Shown: positions 22,921 to 32,852, numbered from the stretch's first letter. The stretch is DNA of 64,000 bases from an uncultured Clostridia bacterium (GCA_934633985.1 CAKTYU010000001.1:93500-157499); one strand, 5' to 3'. Numbers and translations: made by a program. Notes: generated by a model from the letters alone, not told the origin.

Positions 22921-24660
22921 TTATGCGGCGGCCTGATCCGTTGTGGCCGCGCCGTCCTGCTCTGCGGGGGTCTCCGCCGTAGCGGCCTCAGTGGCCGGGG
23001 TCACGGCGGGCGCAGCGTATGCGACGGAGGGGATAAAGGAGAGCGCCATATACTCTTCGCCTGCGGCGGAGTCAAGGTCGATGTGGGCTATGGTGAACTG
23101 CACGTCGGTCTTGGAGCCTTCCTTCAAAGCGGCCTCATGGTAGAACAGGCGGAAGCTGCCGTCCTTAAGGCGCACCAGCAGGCCGATGGGCTTCTCGGGG
23201 GAAGCTACCATCTCGGGGGCCGCGGCTTCCTCCTCGGCCTTCTTTTTATCCTTGCTGTCCTTCTTGGAGGTATCCGCCTCCTTGGCCTTCTCTATCTGCA
23301 CGGATGCGTTGGGGAAGCTGTTGAGGTACACCACGCGGAAGTCGCTCTCGGCAATCCACTCCGAATAGCTGGCCCAGTTGTTGCCGGACATGGATTCCAT
23401 CGTCAGGGCGGGGCTGCCCTCGGTGTAGCTGACGAAGGAGCCGGCAGGCGTGGCGGCAGTCTCGGCGGCGGCAGCTTCGGCTTTCTTTTTATCCTTGCTG
23501 TCCTTGCCGTCCTTGGAGGTATCCTCGGCGGGCTTGGGCTCGCCTATGGTGCCCTTTATATAGGCGGTGTTGATGTTTGTGGCGAGGGTCTCCAAAAGCT
23601 GCTCGCGGTTGGCAGAAAGGCTGTACAGCTCGGAGTTCAGCCCGTTAACGCCCTCGAGGGTGAGGCTGGGCAGGAAGCGCTGTATGTAGGGCGCATAATC
23701 CTGATTGGACATATAGGCGGAGGCCGCGTCCGCAGTGCCGAGCGCAAGGGCGCTGGTGCGGAAGTCCGAATATGCGTTTACATCGGCAAAGGAATCAAGA
23801 GCCGCCCGGAAGACGGTATCGCCTGCGCCGGAGGCCGCCTCGTTGACGGTGGCTATGGCGGGGCTTTCAATGCCGAACTTGGAAAGCGCCTTTACCTGAT
23901 CTGCATTTGCGAGGGCCTCTGCAAACAGCTTGTCGGTGGCGTTCATGGTTATGACGATGGAGCCGTTTGCAACGGTGAGCTGGGTCAGGTCGTTCAGGAA
24001 GGGATGTATGCTGCGGCTTATCTTTACGTTGAGCGCGGAGGGCTCGACGTCAAAGCGGCCGCAGACGAAGCCCATGGGCAGACCCCAGCCGTTGCCCAGC
24101 CTTATGCTGTTCACGGAAATAGTGATGTCGGTATCGTCCACGGACACGCCGCAGTTGGCGGACAGGGGTATGCGGACGCTGCCGAAGCAGGTAAGCTCAA
24201 TATTTGCGGTGAGGGCGTTGTTGTCGGTGGATATACCCATGCCGGAGAGCCGGATGTTCTTGCTCGCCAATGCGGAGTCCATCTTTTCCAGCCTTTCAAA
24301 GGCGCCCGTCTGGTAGAGCAGCCACCACAGGTCGTTCTTATCCAGCTTTACGGACATGGTCTTATCCGCGGAGGAGAAGGTATAACGCTGGGTGAAATCC
24401 ATGGGCTGGCTCTGCACACATTCGGTGATGTTGTCGTACTCTGCGCCGCACTTCTGGAGATAAAGCAGGAAGCCGGCGAAGGCAGCCACAAGCACCAGTA
24501 TCACGGCGAGCACTATCAGCAGAGCCGTCTTTATGCGCTTTTTCCTTTGCTTTTTCTTCCGGCGGGCTTCGCGGGCGGCTTCCTTGCGCGCCGCGCGCTC
24601 CGCAGCCTCTTCGTCTGTAAGTATTCTTTCAGTTTCCCTTACGGGGGTATCGGTTTCCAT
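22921..24660 (-). CDS. Hypothetical membrane-anchored protein (charged N-terminus, one TM, large extracytoplasmic region, Lys/Asp/Ser-rich internal repeats)
   Basis: 579 aa with SD AAAGGA. The TM segment is TALLIVLAVILVLVAAFAGFLLYL. Repeated segments are DTSKDGKDSKDKKKAEAAAAE and DTSKKDSKDKKKAEEEAAAPE. No family was recognised. Confidence 0.6.
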   Translation of the reverse strand: METDTPVRETERILTDEEAAERAARKEAAREARRKKKQRKKRIKTALLIVLAVILVLVAAFAGFLLYLQKCGAEYDNITECVQSQPMDFTQRYTFSSADKTMSVKLDKNDLWWLLYQTGAFERLEKMDSALASKNIRLSGMGISTDNNALTANIELTCFGSVRIPLSANCGVSVDDTDITISVNSIRLGNGWGLPMGFVCGRFDVEPSALNVKISRSIHPFLNDLTQLTVANGSIVITMNATDKLFAEALANADQVKALSKFGIESPAIATVNEAASGAGDTVFRAALDSFADVNAYSDFRTSALALGTADAASAYMSNQDYAPYIQRFLPSLTLEGVNGLNSELYSLSANREQLLETLATNINTAYIKGTIGEPKPAEDTSKDGKDSKDKKKAEAAAAETAATPAGSFVSYTEGSPALTMESMSGNNWASYSEWIAESDFRVVYLNSFPNASVQIEKAKEADTSKKDSKDKKKAEEEAAAPEMVASPEKPIGLLVRLKDGSFRLFYHEAALKEGSKTDVQFTIAHIDLDSAAGEEYMALSFIPSVAYAAPAVTPATEAATAETPAEQDGAATTDQAAA

Positions 24661-24897
24661 ATTTCAACTATCCTTTCATTGTTCCGGCACAGCGTAAAGC
24701 GAGGGTCGGCCGGTGCAAATAATGGTAACGACATATATAACTGCATATATGTACATTGTGCATTTTATCACGCGGAGCCGAATCTAACAAGAGTATAGTG
24801 AAAAATGACATATTTTGCCCGATATAAAAGGGCAAAAAGCGGGCATAAGGGCGCCGCGGGGCGCAAAAAATAATTCCCAGCGGACAGGTGGAAATTA

Positions 24898-24926
24898 TTG
24901 ACACGCCGAAACCGCGATGGTATACT
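24898..24926 (+). promoter_or_regulatory. Putative sigma-A promoter of the Rrf2-nifS-nifU operon
   Basis: TTGACA (24898..24903), 17-nt spacer, TATACT (24921..24926). Confidence 0.6.
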
Positions 24927-24975
24927 TAGCCGTAGAAAATCACAGTATACAGGTGGGAATTGAGGTGATGGGTCT

Positions 24976-25428
24976 ATGAGGCTGTCCACAAAGGGCAGAT
25001 ACGGCCTGAAGGCCATGGTGGACCTTACCGTGGCATACGGCGGCGGATATGTGAGCATATCTACCCTGGCGCAGCAGCAGGGCATAAGCGAATCCTACCT
25101 TGAGCAGCTTATCGCCTCCCTTAAAAGGGCGGGGCTCGTCGAATCCGTAAGGGGCGCCCAGGGCGGATACGCGCTGTCCCGAAGGCCGGAGGATATAGAC
25201 GTGGGCGAGGTGCTGCGCGCGCTTGAGGGCAGTACCTCTATAATGGACTGCGTGGATGTGAACGGCGCAGGCTGCGGCAATGCGTGCAGTTGCAGCGCGA
25301 GGCCGCTTTGGCTAAGGCTGCAAAACAGGATAGACGAGGTGCTGGATACGACTACACTCGCCGATATGGCGGCGGATTATAAAACACAGTTGAGACGCTT
25401 TGATGGCGCTCAGGAGAGGAAAAACTGA
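24976..25428 (+). CDS. Rrf2 family transcriptional regulator (IscR/CymR-like)
   Basis: Starts MRLSTKGRYGLKAMVDL. Contains a Cys cluster CVDVNGAGCGNACSC. It lies upstream of nifS/nifU. Confidence 0.9.
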   Translation: MRLSTKGRYGLKAMVDLTVAYGGGYVSISTLAQQQGISESYLEQLIASLKRAGLVESVRGAQGGYALSRRPEDIDVGEVLRALEGSTSIMDCVDVNGAGCGNACSCSARPLWLRLQNRIDEVLDTTTLADMAADYKTQLRRFDGAQERKN

Positions 25429-25429
25429 C

Positions 25430-26590
25430 ATGAGAAGAGTATATATGGACAACGCGGCCACGACGGCCCTCGCGCCGGAGGTCCTGGAGCAGATGATGCC
25501 GTACCTTACCGAAAAATACGGCAACCCCTCCAGCGTACATTCCTTCGGGCGGGAGGCAAAGGAGGGGCTGGACAAGGCCCGTGGGCAGCTTGCAAGGGCC
25601 ATCAACGCGGAGCTTGACGAGCTGATCTTCACCGGCTGCGGCACGGAGAGCGACAATACCGTGCTGCTGGGCGTTGCCGAGCGCTACAAGAGCAAGGGCA
25701 ACCACATAATAACCACGAATGTGGAGCATCACGCCATACTGCACACCTGCGAATACCTCGAAAAGCACGGCTGCGAGGTGACCTACCTTCCCGTGGACGA
25801 AAACGGCATGGTTACGGCGGAGCAGGTAAAAAATGCCATAAGGGACAATACCGTGCTGGTGTCCGTAATGTTTGCCAACAACGAGGTGGGTACTATAATG
25901 CCCATCGCCGAGATAGGCAGGGTATGCAAGGAAAAAGGAGTGCTTTTCCACACGGACGCGGTGCAGGCGGTGGGCCATGTGCCCATAGACGTAAAGGCCA
26001 TGAATATAGACATGCTCTCCCTCTCCGCCCATAAGTTCCACGGGCCCAAGGGCGTGGGCGCGCTGTATGTGCGAAGGGGCATACGCCTTCCTTCATATAT
26101 AATGGGCGGCGCGCAGGAGCGGGGCCGCAGGGCGGGAACCGAAAACACCGCGGGCATAATCGGCCTCGGCGCGGCGATAGAGCTTGCGTGCAATAATATG
26201 GAAGAAAATGCCAGGCGCATGACAGCGCTGAGGGACAGGCTCATGGAGGGCATAGAGCGCGAAATACCCTATGTAAAGCTAAACGGCCACCGTACACAGC
26301 GCCTTCCCAACAACGTGAATTACAGCATAAAGTTCATAGAGGGAGAATCCATACTGCTTATGCTGGATATGAACGGCATAGCGGCCTCGTCGGGCTCCGC
26401 CTGCACCTCCGGCTCACTGGACCCCTCCCACGTGCTGCTCGCGTTGGGGCTGCCCCACGAGATAGCCCACGGCTCCGTGAGGCTCACCCTTGGCGACGAC
26501 ACCACCGAGGAGGATGTGGATTACGTAATAGAGGTGCTGAAAAAGACCACGGAACGGCTTCGCGCCATGTCACCGCTGTACAAGGGATAA
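25430..26590 (+). CDS. nifS: Cysteine desulfurase NifS/IscS-type
   Basis: YMDNAATT, SAHKFHGPKGVGALY and SSGSACTSG (catalytic Cys loop) are present. The start is moved to ATG 25430, after GAGAGGA. Confidence 0.9.
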   Translation: MRRVYMDNAATTALAPEVLEQMMPYLTEKYGNPSSVHSFGREAKEGLDKARGQLARAINAELDELIFTGCGTESDNTVLLGVAERYKSKGNHIITTNVEHHAILHTCEYLEKHGCEVTYLPVDENGMVTAEQVKNAIRDNTVLVSVMFANNEVGTIMPIAEIGRVCKEKGVLFHTDAVQAVGHVPIDVKAMNIDMLSLSAHKFHGPKGVGALYVRRGIRLPSYIMGGAQERGRRAGTENTAGIIGLGAAIELACNNMEENARRMTALRDRLMEGIEREIPYVKLNGHRTQRLPNNVNYSIKFIEGESILLMLDMNGIAASSGSACTSGSLDPSHVLLALGLPHEIAHGSVRLTLGDDTTEEDVDYVIEVLKKTTERLRAMSPLYKG

Positions 26591-26617
26591 ATCAACAAGA
26601 AAAAGGAGAAAAGCTAT

Positions 26618-27049
26618 ATGTATACCGAAAAAGTACTCGATCATTTCAGCAATCCCCGCAACATGGGCGAGCTTAAGGACGCAAACGGAGTGGGCATGGT
26701 AGGCAACGCCAAGTGCGGCGACATCATGCAGATGTTCCTTAAAATAAACGACGACGGCATAATCGAGGACGTGGGCTTTAAGACCTTTGGCTGCGGCGCT
26801 GCCATAGCCACCAGCTCCATGGCCACGGACATGATAAAGGGCAAGAGCGTAGACGACGCGCTGAAGCTCTCAAACGCCGCTGTGGTGGAGGCGCTGGAGG
26901 GGCTGCCCCCGCAGAAGATACACTGCTCCGTGCTGGCCGAGGAAGCGGTAAAGGCCGCCCTCGAGGATTACTATAAGCGCAAGGGCATGGAGATGCCCGA
27001 GGAGCTCAAGAAAAAGGCGGAGCATAAGGACGTACACGAGGTCCAGTAA
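26618..27049 (+). CDS. nifU: Fe-S cluster assembly scaffold NifU/IscU
   Basis: Contains HFSNPRNMGEL, GNAKCGD, KTFGCGAAIASS and HCS. Confidence 0.9.
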   Translation: MYTEKVLDHFSNPRNMGELKDANGVGMVGNAKCGDIMQMFLKINDDGIIEDVGFKTFGCGAAIATSSMATDMIKGKSVDDALKLSNAAVVEALEGLPPQKIHCSVLAEEAVKAALEDYYKRKGMEMPEELKKKAEHKDVHEVQ

Positions 27050-27135
27050 TAAAGTCTGGAATTGAATACATAACTTGACATAGTTGCCTCGCTGCTTTAT
27101 GGGAAGAATAAGCCCGAAAGGAGTGAGGCTTTTTT

Positions 27136-27294
27136 ATGAAAACCGTATCGTTTATGGCGGGAATGGCAGCCGGTATGGTAATGGCGGGCGCGGCGCTGTC
27201 CGCGGCGTACCCGGACGTGCCCAAGAGAATGGGAAGGGACGCCAGGAAGGCGGCCCGCTGCGGCAGGCGCATCGTGAACAGCGTGCTCAAATAA
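27136..27294 (+). CDS. Small hypothetical membrane protein (52 aa), not in ORF track
   Basis: AAAGGAGTGAGG SD precedes ATG 27136. The peptide is MKTVSFMAGMAAGMVMAGAALSAAYPDVPKRMGRDARKAARCGRRIVNSVLK. A strong terminator follows. Confidence 0.5.
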   Translation: MKTVSFMAGMAAGMVMAGAALSAAYPDVPKRMGRDARKAARCGRRIVNSVLK

Positions 27295-27314
27295 GGCCGC
27301 AGGCCGGCGAAAAG

Positions 27315-27347
27315 ATGACCCATTTGCGAACAATGGGTCATTTTTTG
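27315..27347 (+). terminator. Intrinsic terminator
   Basis: ATGACCCATT-tgcgaac-AATGGGTCAT followed by TTTTTT. Confidence 0.85.
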
Positions 27348-27421
27348 TGTAATAGCGCTTTGCCGGTTTACAAAAATATGGTAAAAAGGGTATAATTTAG
27401 GTGAATGGAGGGCTTGACACT

Positions 27422-27694
27422 ATGGGCGACCAGACAAACGAAACCGTACACTTCAAGATACAAAAGGAACGCACCAAGGCCGGAGATGTGCTCATGCGGG
27501 TATACGAGGCCATGTCTGAGAGGGGCTACGACCCCGTAAACCAGATAGTCGGCTATCTTATCTCCGGCGACCCCACGTATATCACCAGCTATAACAACGC
27601 CAGATACCTTATACGCATGCTGGAGCGGGACGAGCTTCTCGAGGAACTGGTAAAGTACTATGTGGAGTCCCACGGCCCCACGGAGGGCGAATAA
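27422..27694 (+). CDS. IreB family regulatory phosphoprotein (UPF0297)
   Basis: RGYDPVNQIVGYLISGDPTYITSYNNARYLIRMLERDELLEELVKYY is a highly characteristic sequence for this family. Confidence 0.85.
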   Translation: MGDQTNETVHFKIQKERTKAGDVLMRVYEAMSERGYDPVNQIVGYLISGDPTYITSYNNARYLIRMLERDELLEELVKYYVESHGPTEGE

Positions 27695-27758
27695 AGCAAA
27701 AATGCGCCGCGCATTTTTCGCGGGCTTTTTAAATAATGTAAGGAATAAAGCTGATACC

Positions 27759-28181
27759 ATGATGAGAGTGCTTGCCCTTGACATAGGGGATAAACGCATT
27801 GGGGTGGCGGTGAGCGACCCGCTGGGCATTACAGCCCAGGGCCTCGAGACCTACACCCGGACGGGCGACCTTGATAAGGACACCGATTACCTTATAGACC
27901 TTGCCAACAAATACAAGCCGGTGCGGCTGCTTTTCGGTATGCCCCGCAATATGGACGGCAGCTACGGCTTCGCCAGCGAAAAGGTAAAGGAATTTGCCGC
28001 CGCCATGTGTGAAAAGTGGGACGGGGAGCATACCTTCTACGATGAGCGGCTAACCACCGTGCAGGCGGAAAGGGTGCTTTACGAGGCCGAGCTGGACTGG
28101 CGCAAGCGGCGCAAGGTGATAGACAAGCTGGCGGCGGTGGTGACCCTGGAGGGCTACCTTGCCACCAACCCAAAGCTTTGA
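27759..28181 (+). CDS. ruvX: Holliday junction resolvase-like protein RuvX (YqgF)
   Basis: Starts MMRVLALDIGDKRIGVAVSD. The start is moved to 27759. Confidence 0.85.
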   Translation: MMRVLALDIGDKRIGVAVSDPLGITAQGLETYTRTGDLDKDTDYLIDLANKYKPVRLLFGMPRNMDGSYGFASEKVKEFAAAMCEKWDGEHTFYDERLTTVQAERVLYEAELDWRKRRKVIDKLAAVVTLEGYLATNPKL

Positions 28182-28196
28182 CAGGGAGATGAAAAG

Positions 28197-28514
28197 ATGA
28201 AAGACAGGAATATAATAGATCAGATAGGCGAAGACGTGGTGCTGCTGGATGAGGACGGAAAGGAGAACACCTTCGAACACATACTTACCTTTATGTATGA
28301 GGGTAAGAAATATGTAGCGCTTTCTCCCATTGCGGATGAGGAAAGCGCTATGGACGACGATGAGGCGGAGGTGGTGCTGTTCCAGATAACCAGCGAAAAC
28401 GGAGAGGATACCTACGTCAGCATAGACAACGAGGTGCTGCTGGACGAAGTATTCGCCGAGTTTCTCGACCTCATGGACGAAATAAACGAGGAAGAGGAAG
28501 GGGAAAAGGAATAG
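28197..28514 (+). CDS. DUF1292 family protein
   Basis: 105 aa and acidic. It occupies the conserved position after ruvX. Confidence 0.7.
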   Translation: MKDRNIIDQIGEDVVLLDEDGKENTFEHILTFMYEGKKYVALSPIADEESAMDDDEAEVVLFQITSENGEDTYVSIDNEVLLDEVFAEFLDLMDEINEEEEGEKE

Positions 28515-28563
28515 CCGGATCTATAAAAAGGCCGTAAAGCTGCGGCTTTTTTTATTTTTCCTG

Positions 28564-28593
28564 TTGCATACGGGGCGGACTTCGTGGTATACT
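28564..28593 (+). promoter_or_regulatory. Putative promoter of rpsB-tsf
   Basis: TTGCAT (28564..28569), 18-nt spacer, TATACT (28588..28593). It leaves a 5' UTR of about 130 nt. Confidence 0.5.
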
Positions 28594-28725
28594 CATACTC
28601 GTATGGGTATGCGAATGGAACGCATATATCACACACTCGGATGGACCGGCGGTTCGTGCCTGTGACATGGGCTGCCCGCACGGGAGGAAGTCCGGGGAGG
28701 AATAAAAAACGAGGAGGATCATAAA

Positions 28726-29460
28726 ATGTCAGTTATTTCCATGAAACAGCTTCTTGAAGCAGGCGTACACTTCGGCCATCAGACCCGCCGCTGGAACCCC
28801 AAGATGAAGGAATACATCTTCACCGAGCGCAACGGCATCTACATCATCGACCTTCAGAAGACCGTCAAGAAGGCTGAGGAGGCCTACAACTTCGTCCGCA
28901 GCGTTTCCGAGGCTGGCGACAGCGTGCTTTTCGTAGGCACCAAGAAGCAGGCTCAGGAATCCATCGAGCAGGAAGCAAAGCGCTGCGAGATGTTCTATGT
29001 AAACCAGCGCTGGCTGGGCGGCATGCTCACCAACTTCAAGACCATCCAGACCCGTATAGCGAAGCTCCGCAAGATCGAGAAGATGGAAGCGGACGGCGAC
29101 TTCGCATATCTCCCCAAGAAGGAAGTCATCAAGCTCAAGGCCGAGCAGGAGAAGTTAGAAAAGAACCTTTCCGGCATTAAGGATATGAAGAAGCTCCCCG
29201 GCGCAATGTTCGTCGTGGATCCCCGCAAGGAGCACATCGCCGTAATGGAAGCCCGCGCTCTGGGCATCCCCGTGGTAGCTATTGTCGATACCAACTGTGA
29301 CCCCGACGAGGTGGATTATGCTATCCCCGGCAACGACGACGCTATCCGCGCAGTCAAGCTCATCGCCTCCAAGATGGCTGACGCCGTGCTGGAGGGCCGT
29401 CAGGGCGAGCAGATGATGGACGCAGCAGCCGAAGAAGAAGCCGCTGGCGACGATTTTTAA
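28726..29460 (+). CDS. rpsB: 30S ribosomal protein S2
   Basis: [19 protein letters not shown] is characteristic of S2. Confidence 0.97.
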   Translation: MSVISMKQLLEAGVHFGHQTRRWNPKMKEYIFTERNGIYIIDLQKTVKKAEEAYNFVRSVSEAGDSVLFVGTKKQAQESIEQEAKRCEMFYVNQRWLGGMLTNFKTIQTRIAKLRKIEKMEADGDFAYLPKKEVIKLKAEQEKLEKNLSGIKDMKKLPGAMFVVDPRKEHIAVMEARALGIPVVAIVDTNCDPDEVDYAIPGNDDAIRAVKLIASKMADAVLEGRQGEQMMDAAAEEEAAGDDF

Positions 29461-29496
29461 TTTTAAAATATACTTTTAACAGGAGGTCAGGCATAT

Positions 29497-30387
29497 ATGT
29501 TTACCGCTAAAGACGTAATGGCCCTGCGCGAAATGAGCGGCGCCGGCATGATGGACTGCAAGAAGGCGCTCACCGCCTGCGAGGGCGACATGGACAAGGC
29601 AATGGATTATCTTCGCGAGAAGAGCCTTGCCGCTTCCGCAAAGAAGGCTGCCCGTATAGCCGCCGAGGGTATTGTAAGCGGCTATGTTACCGACGACCAC
29701 AAGGTCGGCGCTATCGTAGAGGTTAACTGCGAGACCGATTTTGTCGCCAAGACCGATGACTTTAAGGCTCTGGTGAATGACGTTGCCAAGCTGGTAGTTG
29801 AAAAGAATCCCGCCGATGTAGACGCGCTCATGGCTCTGGACTGCGGCGACGGCACTGTTGCCGAGATGATCAACCGTGCAGTTGCCAAGATCGGCGAGAA
29901 GATAACCATCCGCCGCTTTGCCCGCATGGAGGGCCAGCTAATAGATACCTATATCCATCTGGGCGGCAAGATCGGCGTTATAGTAGCCGCCAAGACGGAG
30001 GACGCAGACAAGGCAAAGGCCGCCGTACACGACGTTGCCATGCACATCGCCGCCGCGAAGCCCAGCGTGCTCCATCGCGATGAGGTGGATCCCACCGAGC
30101 TGGACAAGGAGCGCGAGATACTGCGCGCCCAGGCTCTGAACGAGCCCAAGCCCAAGCCCGCAAACATCATCGAGAAGATGGTAGAGGGCCGCATCTCCAA
30201 GTACTACAAGGAGGTCTGCCTGCTTGAGCAGCCCTTCGTTAAGAACCCCGACCAGAGCGTTGACCAGATGCTCAAGGAGCACGGCGGCGTAGAGTTGGTA
30301 GCCTTTGTCCGCTTTGAGATGGGCGAGGGCCTCCAGAAGCGTCAGGATAACTTCGCCGAGGAAGTTATGGGCCAGATGAACAAGTAA
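29497..30387 (+). CDS. tsf: Translation elongation factor Ts
   Basis: VMALREMSGAGMMDCKKAL is characteristic of EF-Ts. Confidence 0.97.
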   Translation: MFTAKDVMALREMSGAGMMDCKKALTACEGDMDKAMDYLREKSLAASAKKAARIAAEGIVSGYVTDDHKVGAIVEVNCETDFVAKTDDFKALVNDVAKLVVEKNPADVDALMALDCGDGTVAEMINRAVAKIGEKITIRRFARMEGQLIDTYIHLGGKIGVIVAAKTEDADKAKAAVHDVAMHIAAAKPSVLHRDEVDPTELDKEREILRAQALNEPKPKPANIIEKMVEGRISKYYKEVCLLEQPFVKNPDQSVDQMLKEHGGVELVAFVRFEMGEGLQKRQDNFAEEVMGQMNK

Positions 30388-30402
30388 AACCCACTTTTAA
30401 AA

Positions 30403-30431
30403 GGAACACCCTTTCCGGTGTTCCTTTTTTG
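30403..30431 (+). terminator. Intrinsic terminator after tsf
   Basis: GGAACACC-ctttcc-GGTGTTCC followed by TTTTTTG. Confidence 0.85.
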
Positions 30432-30494
30432 TTATATAATGTATTTGGTGAAAATCGGTCAAGACCGTAATAATAGCTTTAAGGAGCGGAAAAA

Positions 30495-31199
30495 ATGCTG
30501 AAATACAAGAGAATATCACTTAAGCTCTCCGGCGAGGCCATGGGCGGCGCACAGGCCGTGGATTTTGACAAGGCGGAGGCTATTGCAAAGCAGGTGGCGC
30601 GGCTGCATGAGCTTGGGGCGGAGATAGGCATAACCATAGGCGGCGGCAATATATGGCGCGGACGCAGCTCCGGCGATATGGACCGCAACAGGGCGGATCA
30701 GATGGGTATGCTGGCCACGGTTATAAACTCGCTTGCCGTGCAGGACTGCCTGCTTAAGCTCGGGGTGCCCACAGTTGTAATGTCCTCCATAGATATGCCG
30801 AGGATAGCGGACGGCTATTCCTCCCGCGCCGCCCACGCCGCACTCGACGCGGGCAAGGTGGTCATATTCGCGGGAGGCAGCGGGCTGCCATTCTTTTCCA
30901 CCGATACCGCAGCGGCGCTTAAGGCCGCCGAGATAGGCGCGGATGCGATGCTGCTTGCAAAGAACGTGGACGCGGTATATTCCGACGACCCGCGGAAAAA
31001 CCCGAACGCGATAAGGTATTCGCACCTCACCTATGACGAGGTCATAGAGCGCGAGCTCAAGGCTACCGACCTAACCGCTATAACGCTTTGCAAGGAGCAG
31101 CGCATACCCATACTCGCCTTCGCCATGGCGGATCCGGACAACGTGGTAAGGGCCGTCCGGGGCGAGAGCGTGGGCACGCTGATAGATGACGTAAAGTAG
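30495..31199 (+). CDS. pyrH: UMP kinase
   Basis: Contains KRISLKLSGEAMGG and GGGNIWRG. Confidence 0.95.
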   Translation: MLKYKRISLKLSGEAMGGAQAVDFDKAEAIAKQVARLHELGAEIGITIGGGNIWRGRSSGDMDRNRADQMGMLATVINSLAVQDCLLKLGVPTVVMSSIDMPRIADGYSSRAAHAALDAGKVVIFAGGSGLPFFSTDTAAALKAAEIGADAMLLAKNVDAVYSDDPRKNPNAIRYSHLTYDEVIERELKATDLTAITLCKEQRIPILAFAMADPDNVVRAVRGESVGTLIDDVK

Positions 31200-31312
31200 G
31201 GTATAAAGCGGGCGATACTGTGAACAATCTCTAATTGGGGATTGTGCGAAGCAGGCATTTCCTGTAAAATATAGCTGGGATTTCATAAGATAAACTTTCA
31301 GGAGGTTCAAAT

Positions 31313-31864
31313 ATGGACGCTGTCGCAACCGCAAAAGAAAAAATGACCAAAACCGTAGCCGCATTGGAGCGCGACCTCGGAACGCTCAAGGCCGGGCGTG
31401 CGAACCCCCAGGCGCTTGACCGCATAATGGTTGACTATTACGGCTCCCAGGTGCCGATAAACCAGCTTGGCAATATTTCCTCCCCCGAGGCAAGGCTGCT
31501 GGTGATCTCCCCTTATGACGCCACGATGATAAAGGAAATAGAAAAGGCCATACAGAAGTCCGACCTGGGCATCAATCCCAGCAACGACGGCCGCCTCATA
31601 CGCCTTGTGTTCCCGGAGCTCACCGAGGAGCGCCGCAAGGAGCTGGTAAAGCTCGTCCGCAAGAAGGGCGAGGAGTCCAAGGTGGCCATACGCTCCATCC
31701 GCCGCGACGCCATAGATAACATCAAGAAGGCCAAGAAGGACGGGGAGCTGACAGAGGACGACCAGAAGCGCCAGGAGGAGCAGGCGCAAAAGGCCACCGA
31801 CGAGTTCATAAAGAACATCGACAAGGTCATTGCCGACAAGGAAAAGGAGATAATGACGGTTTGA
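31313..31864 (+). CDS. frr: Ribosome recycling factor
   Basis: Contains LKAGRANPQALDRIMVDYYG and ITEERRKELVK-like motifs. Confidence 0.95.
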   Translation: MDAVATAKEKMTKTVAALERDLGTLKAGRANPQALDRIMVDYYGSQVPINQLGNISSPEARLLVISPYDATMIKEIEKAIQKSDLGINPSNDGRLIRLVFPELTEERRKELVKLVRKKGEESKVAIRSIRRDAIDNIKKAKKDGELTEDDQKRQEEQAQKATDEFIKNIDKVIADKEKEIMTV

Positions 31865-32061
31865 TATCCGTACTTGGATACGAGCTTGCAAGGGCGAAGG
31901 AGCTGCTGGAGGCCGAAGGATACAGCGTGAAATGCATAGAGACCCGCAGCCGCAAGGGACTTAACGGCAACGAAAAACGGGTGATAAGGCAGCGCGCCGA
32001 CGGCGATTCGGCAGAGCTTGTATGGGCCCTGTTCAAAACAGACTGCGAATATGGGGGATAG
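31861..32061 (+). CDS. Small hypothetical protein (66 aa), PASTA-like fold suspected
   Basis: A TTG start overlaps the frr stop. VLGYELARAKELLEAEGYSVKCIE...RVIRQR loosely resembles a PASTA/POTRA-like beta-alpha-beta unit. Support is weak. Confidence 0.3.
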   Translation: MISVLGYELARAKELLEAEGYSVKCIETRSRKGLNGNEKRVIRQRADGDSAELVWALFKTDCEYGG

Positions 32062-32107
32062 CGGTTAGTTCCGCGTCCCCCTTTGCATCGGAGGATAGTT
32101 TTACACA

Positions 32108-32827
32108 ATGGCAAGGATACAGCCTCAAAGCGCGGGCCTTGCGCCGGAGCTTCCGCGGCATGTAGGCATAATAATGGACGGAAACGGCCGTTACGCCACG
32201 CGGCGTGGACTGCCCAGAAAGCTGGGCCACCGGGCGGGCATGGAGCGGCTGCGGGGACTTATACGCTTTTCGTCGGATATCGGCATAGAGGCGCTGTCGC
32301 TGTACGCCTTTTCCACCGAGAACTGGAAGCGGCCCAGAGAAGAGATAGGTGCGCTGTTCGACCTTTTTCTGGAGTACTTTATAAGCGAGCTGGACGAACT
32401 GGACAAGAACAACGTCTGCATACGCATAATGGGCGATATGTCCGCATTTCCGGAAAAGATGGGGCAGGAGACCGACGAGGCCATGCACAAGACCAGAAAC
32501 AACACCGGCCTCAAGCTGAACATAGCCCTGAACTACGGCAGCAGGGCAGAGGTGGTGCGCGCCTGCAACGCCCTCATCGAGCGCGGCAAGCCCGCAGACG
32601 AGGCCGACCTTATGAATGCCCTGTATACCGCAGGGCTGCCGGATCTTGACCTGATAATCCGTACGGCGGGAGAGCAGCGGTTATCCAACTTCATGCTGCT
32701 CCAGGCGGCATACGCCGAGCTTGTGTTCACGGACGTGACATTTCCCGAGCTTACGGATGAAAAATACGCGGAATGCATAAGGGAATACCAGCGGCGCACC
32801 AGAAGGTTCGGCGCGGTGACAGAATAA
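32108..32827 (+). CDS. uppS: Undecaprenyl-diphosphate synthase (isoprenyl transferase)
   Basis: Contains HVGIIMDGNGRYA, FSTENWKRP and RTAGEQRLSNFMLLQ. Confidence 0.95.
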   Translation: MARIQPQSAGLAPELPRHVGIIMDGNGRYATRRGLPRKLGHRAGMERLRGLIRFSSDIGIEALSLYAFSTENWKRPREEIGALFDLFLEYFISELDELDKNNVCIRIMGDMSAFPEKMGQETDEAMHKTRNNTGLKLNIALNYGSRAEVVRACNALIERGKPADEADLMNALYTAGLPDLDLIIRTAGEQRLSNFMLLQAAYAELVFTDVTFPELTDEKYAECIREYQRRTRRFGAVTE

Positions 32828-32852
32828 ATCATAAAAAAGGAGAAGCGGCGTA

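Noticed and set aside
22816-24798. A 660-aa plus-strand ORF overlaps 22921..24660.
   Set aside because: Its sequence is Gly/Leu/Val/Ala-rich and low-complexity, with no SD. The minus-strand ORF has an SD, a TM helix, sensible composition and a strong terminator.
28682-28697. GGGAGGAAGTCCGGGG in the rpsB 5' UTR resembles the RNase P RNA conserved GAGGAAAGUCCGGGC box.
   Set aside because: The surrounding non-coding space (about 130 nt) is far too short for RNase P RNA and the other conserved regions are absent. It is most likely a coincidental purine-rich stretch next to the SD, though an S2-responsive leader structure is not excluded.
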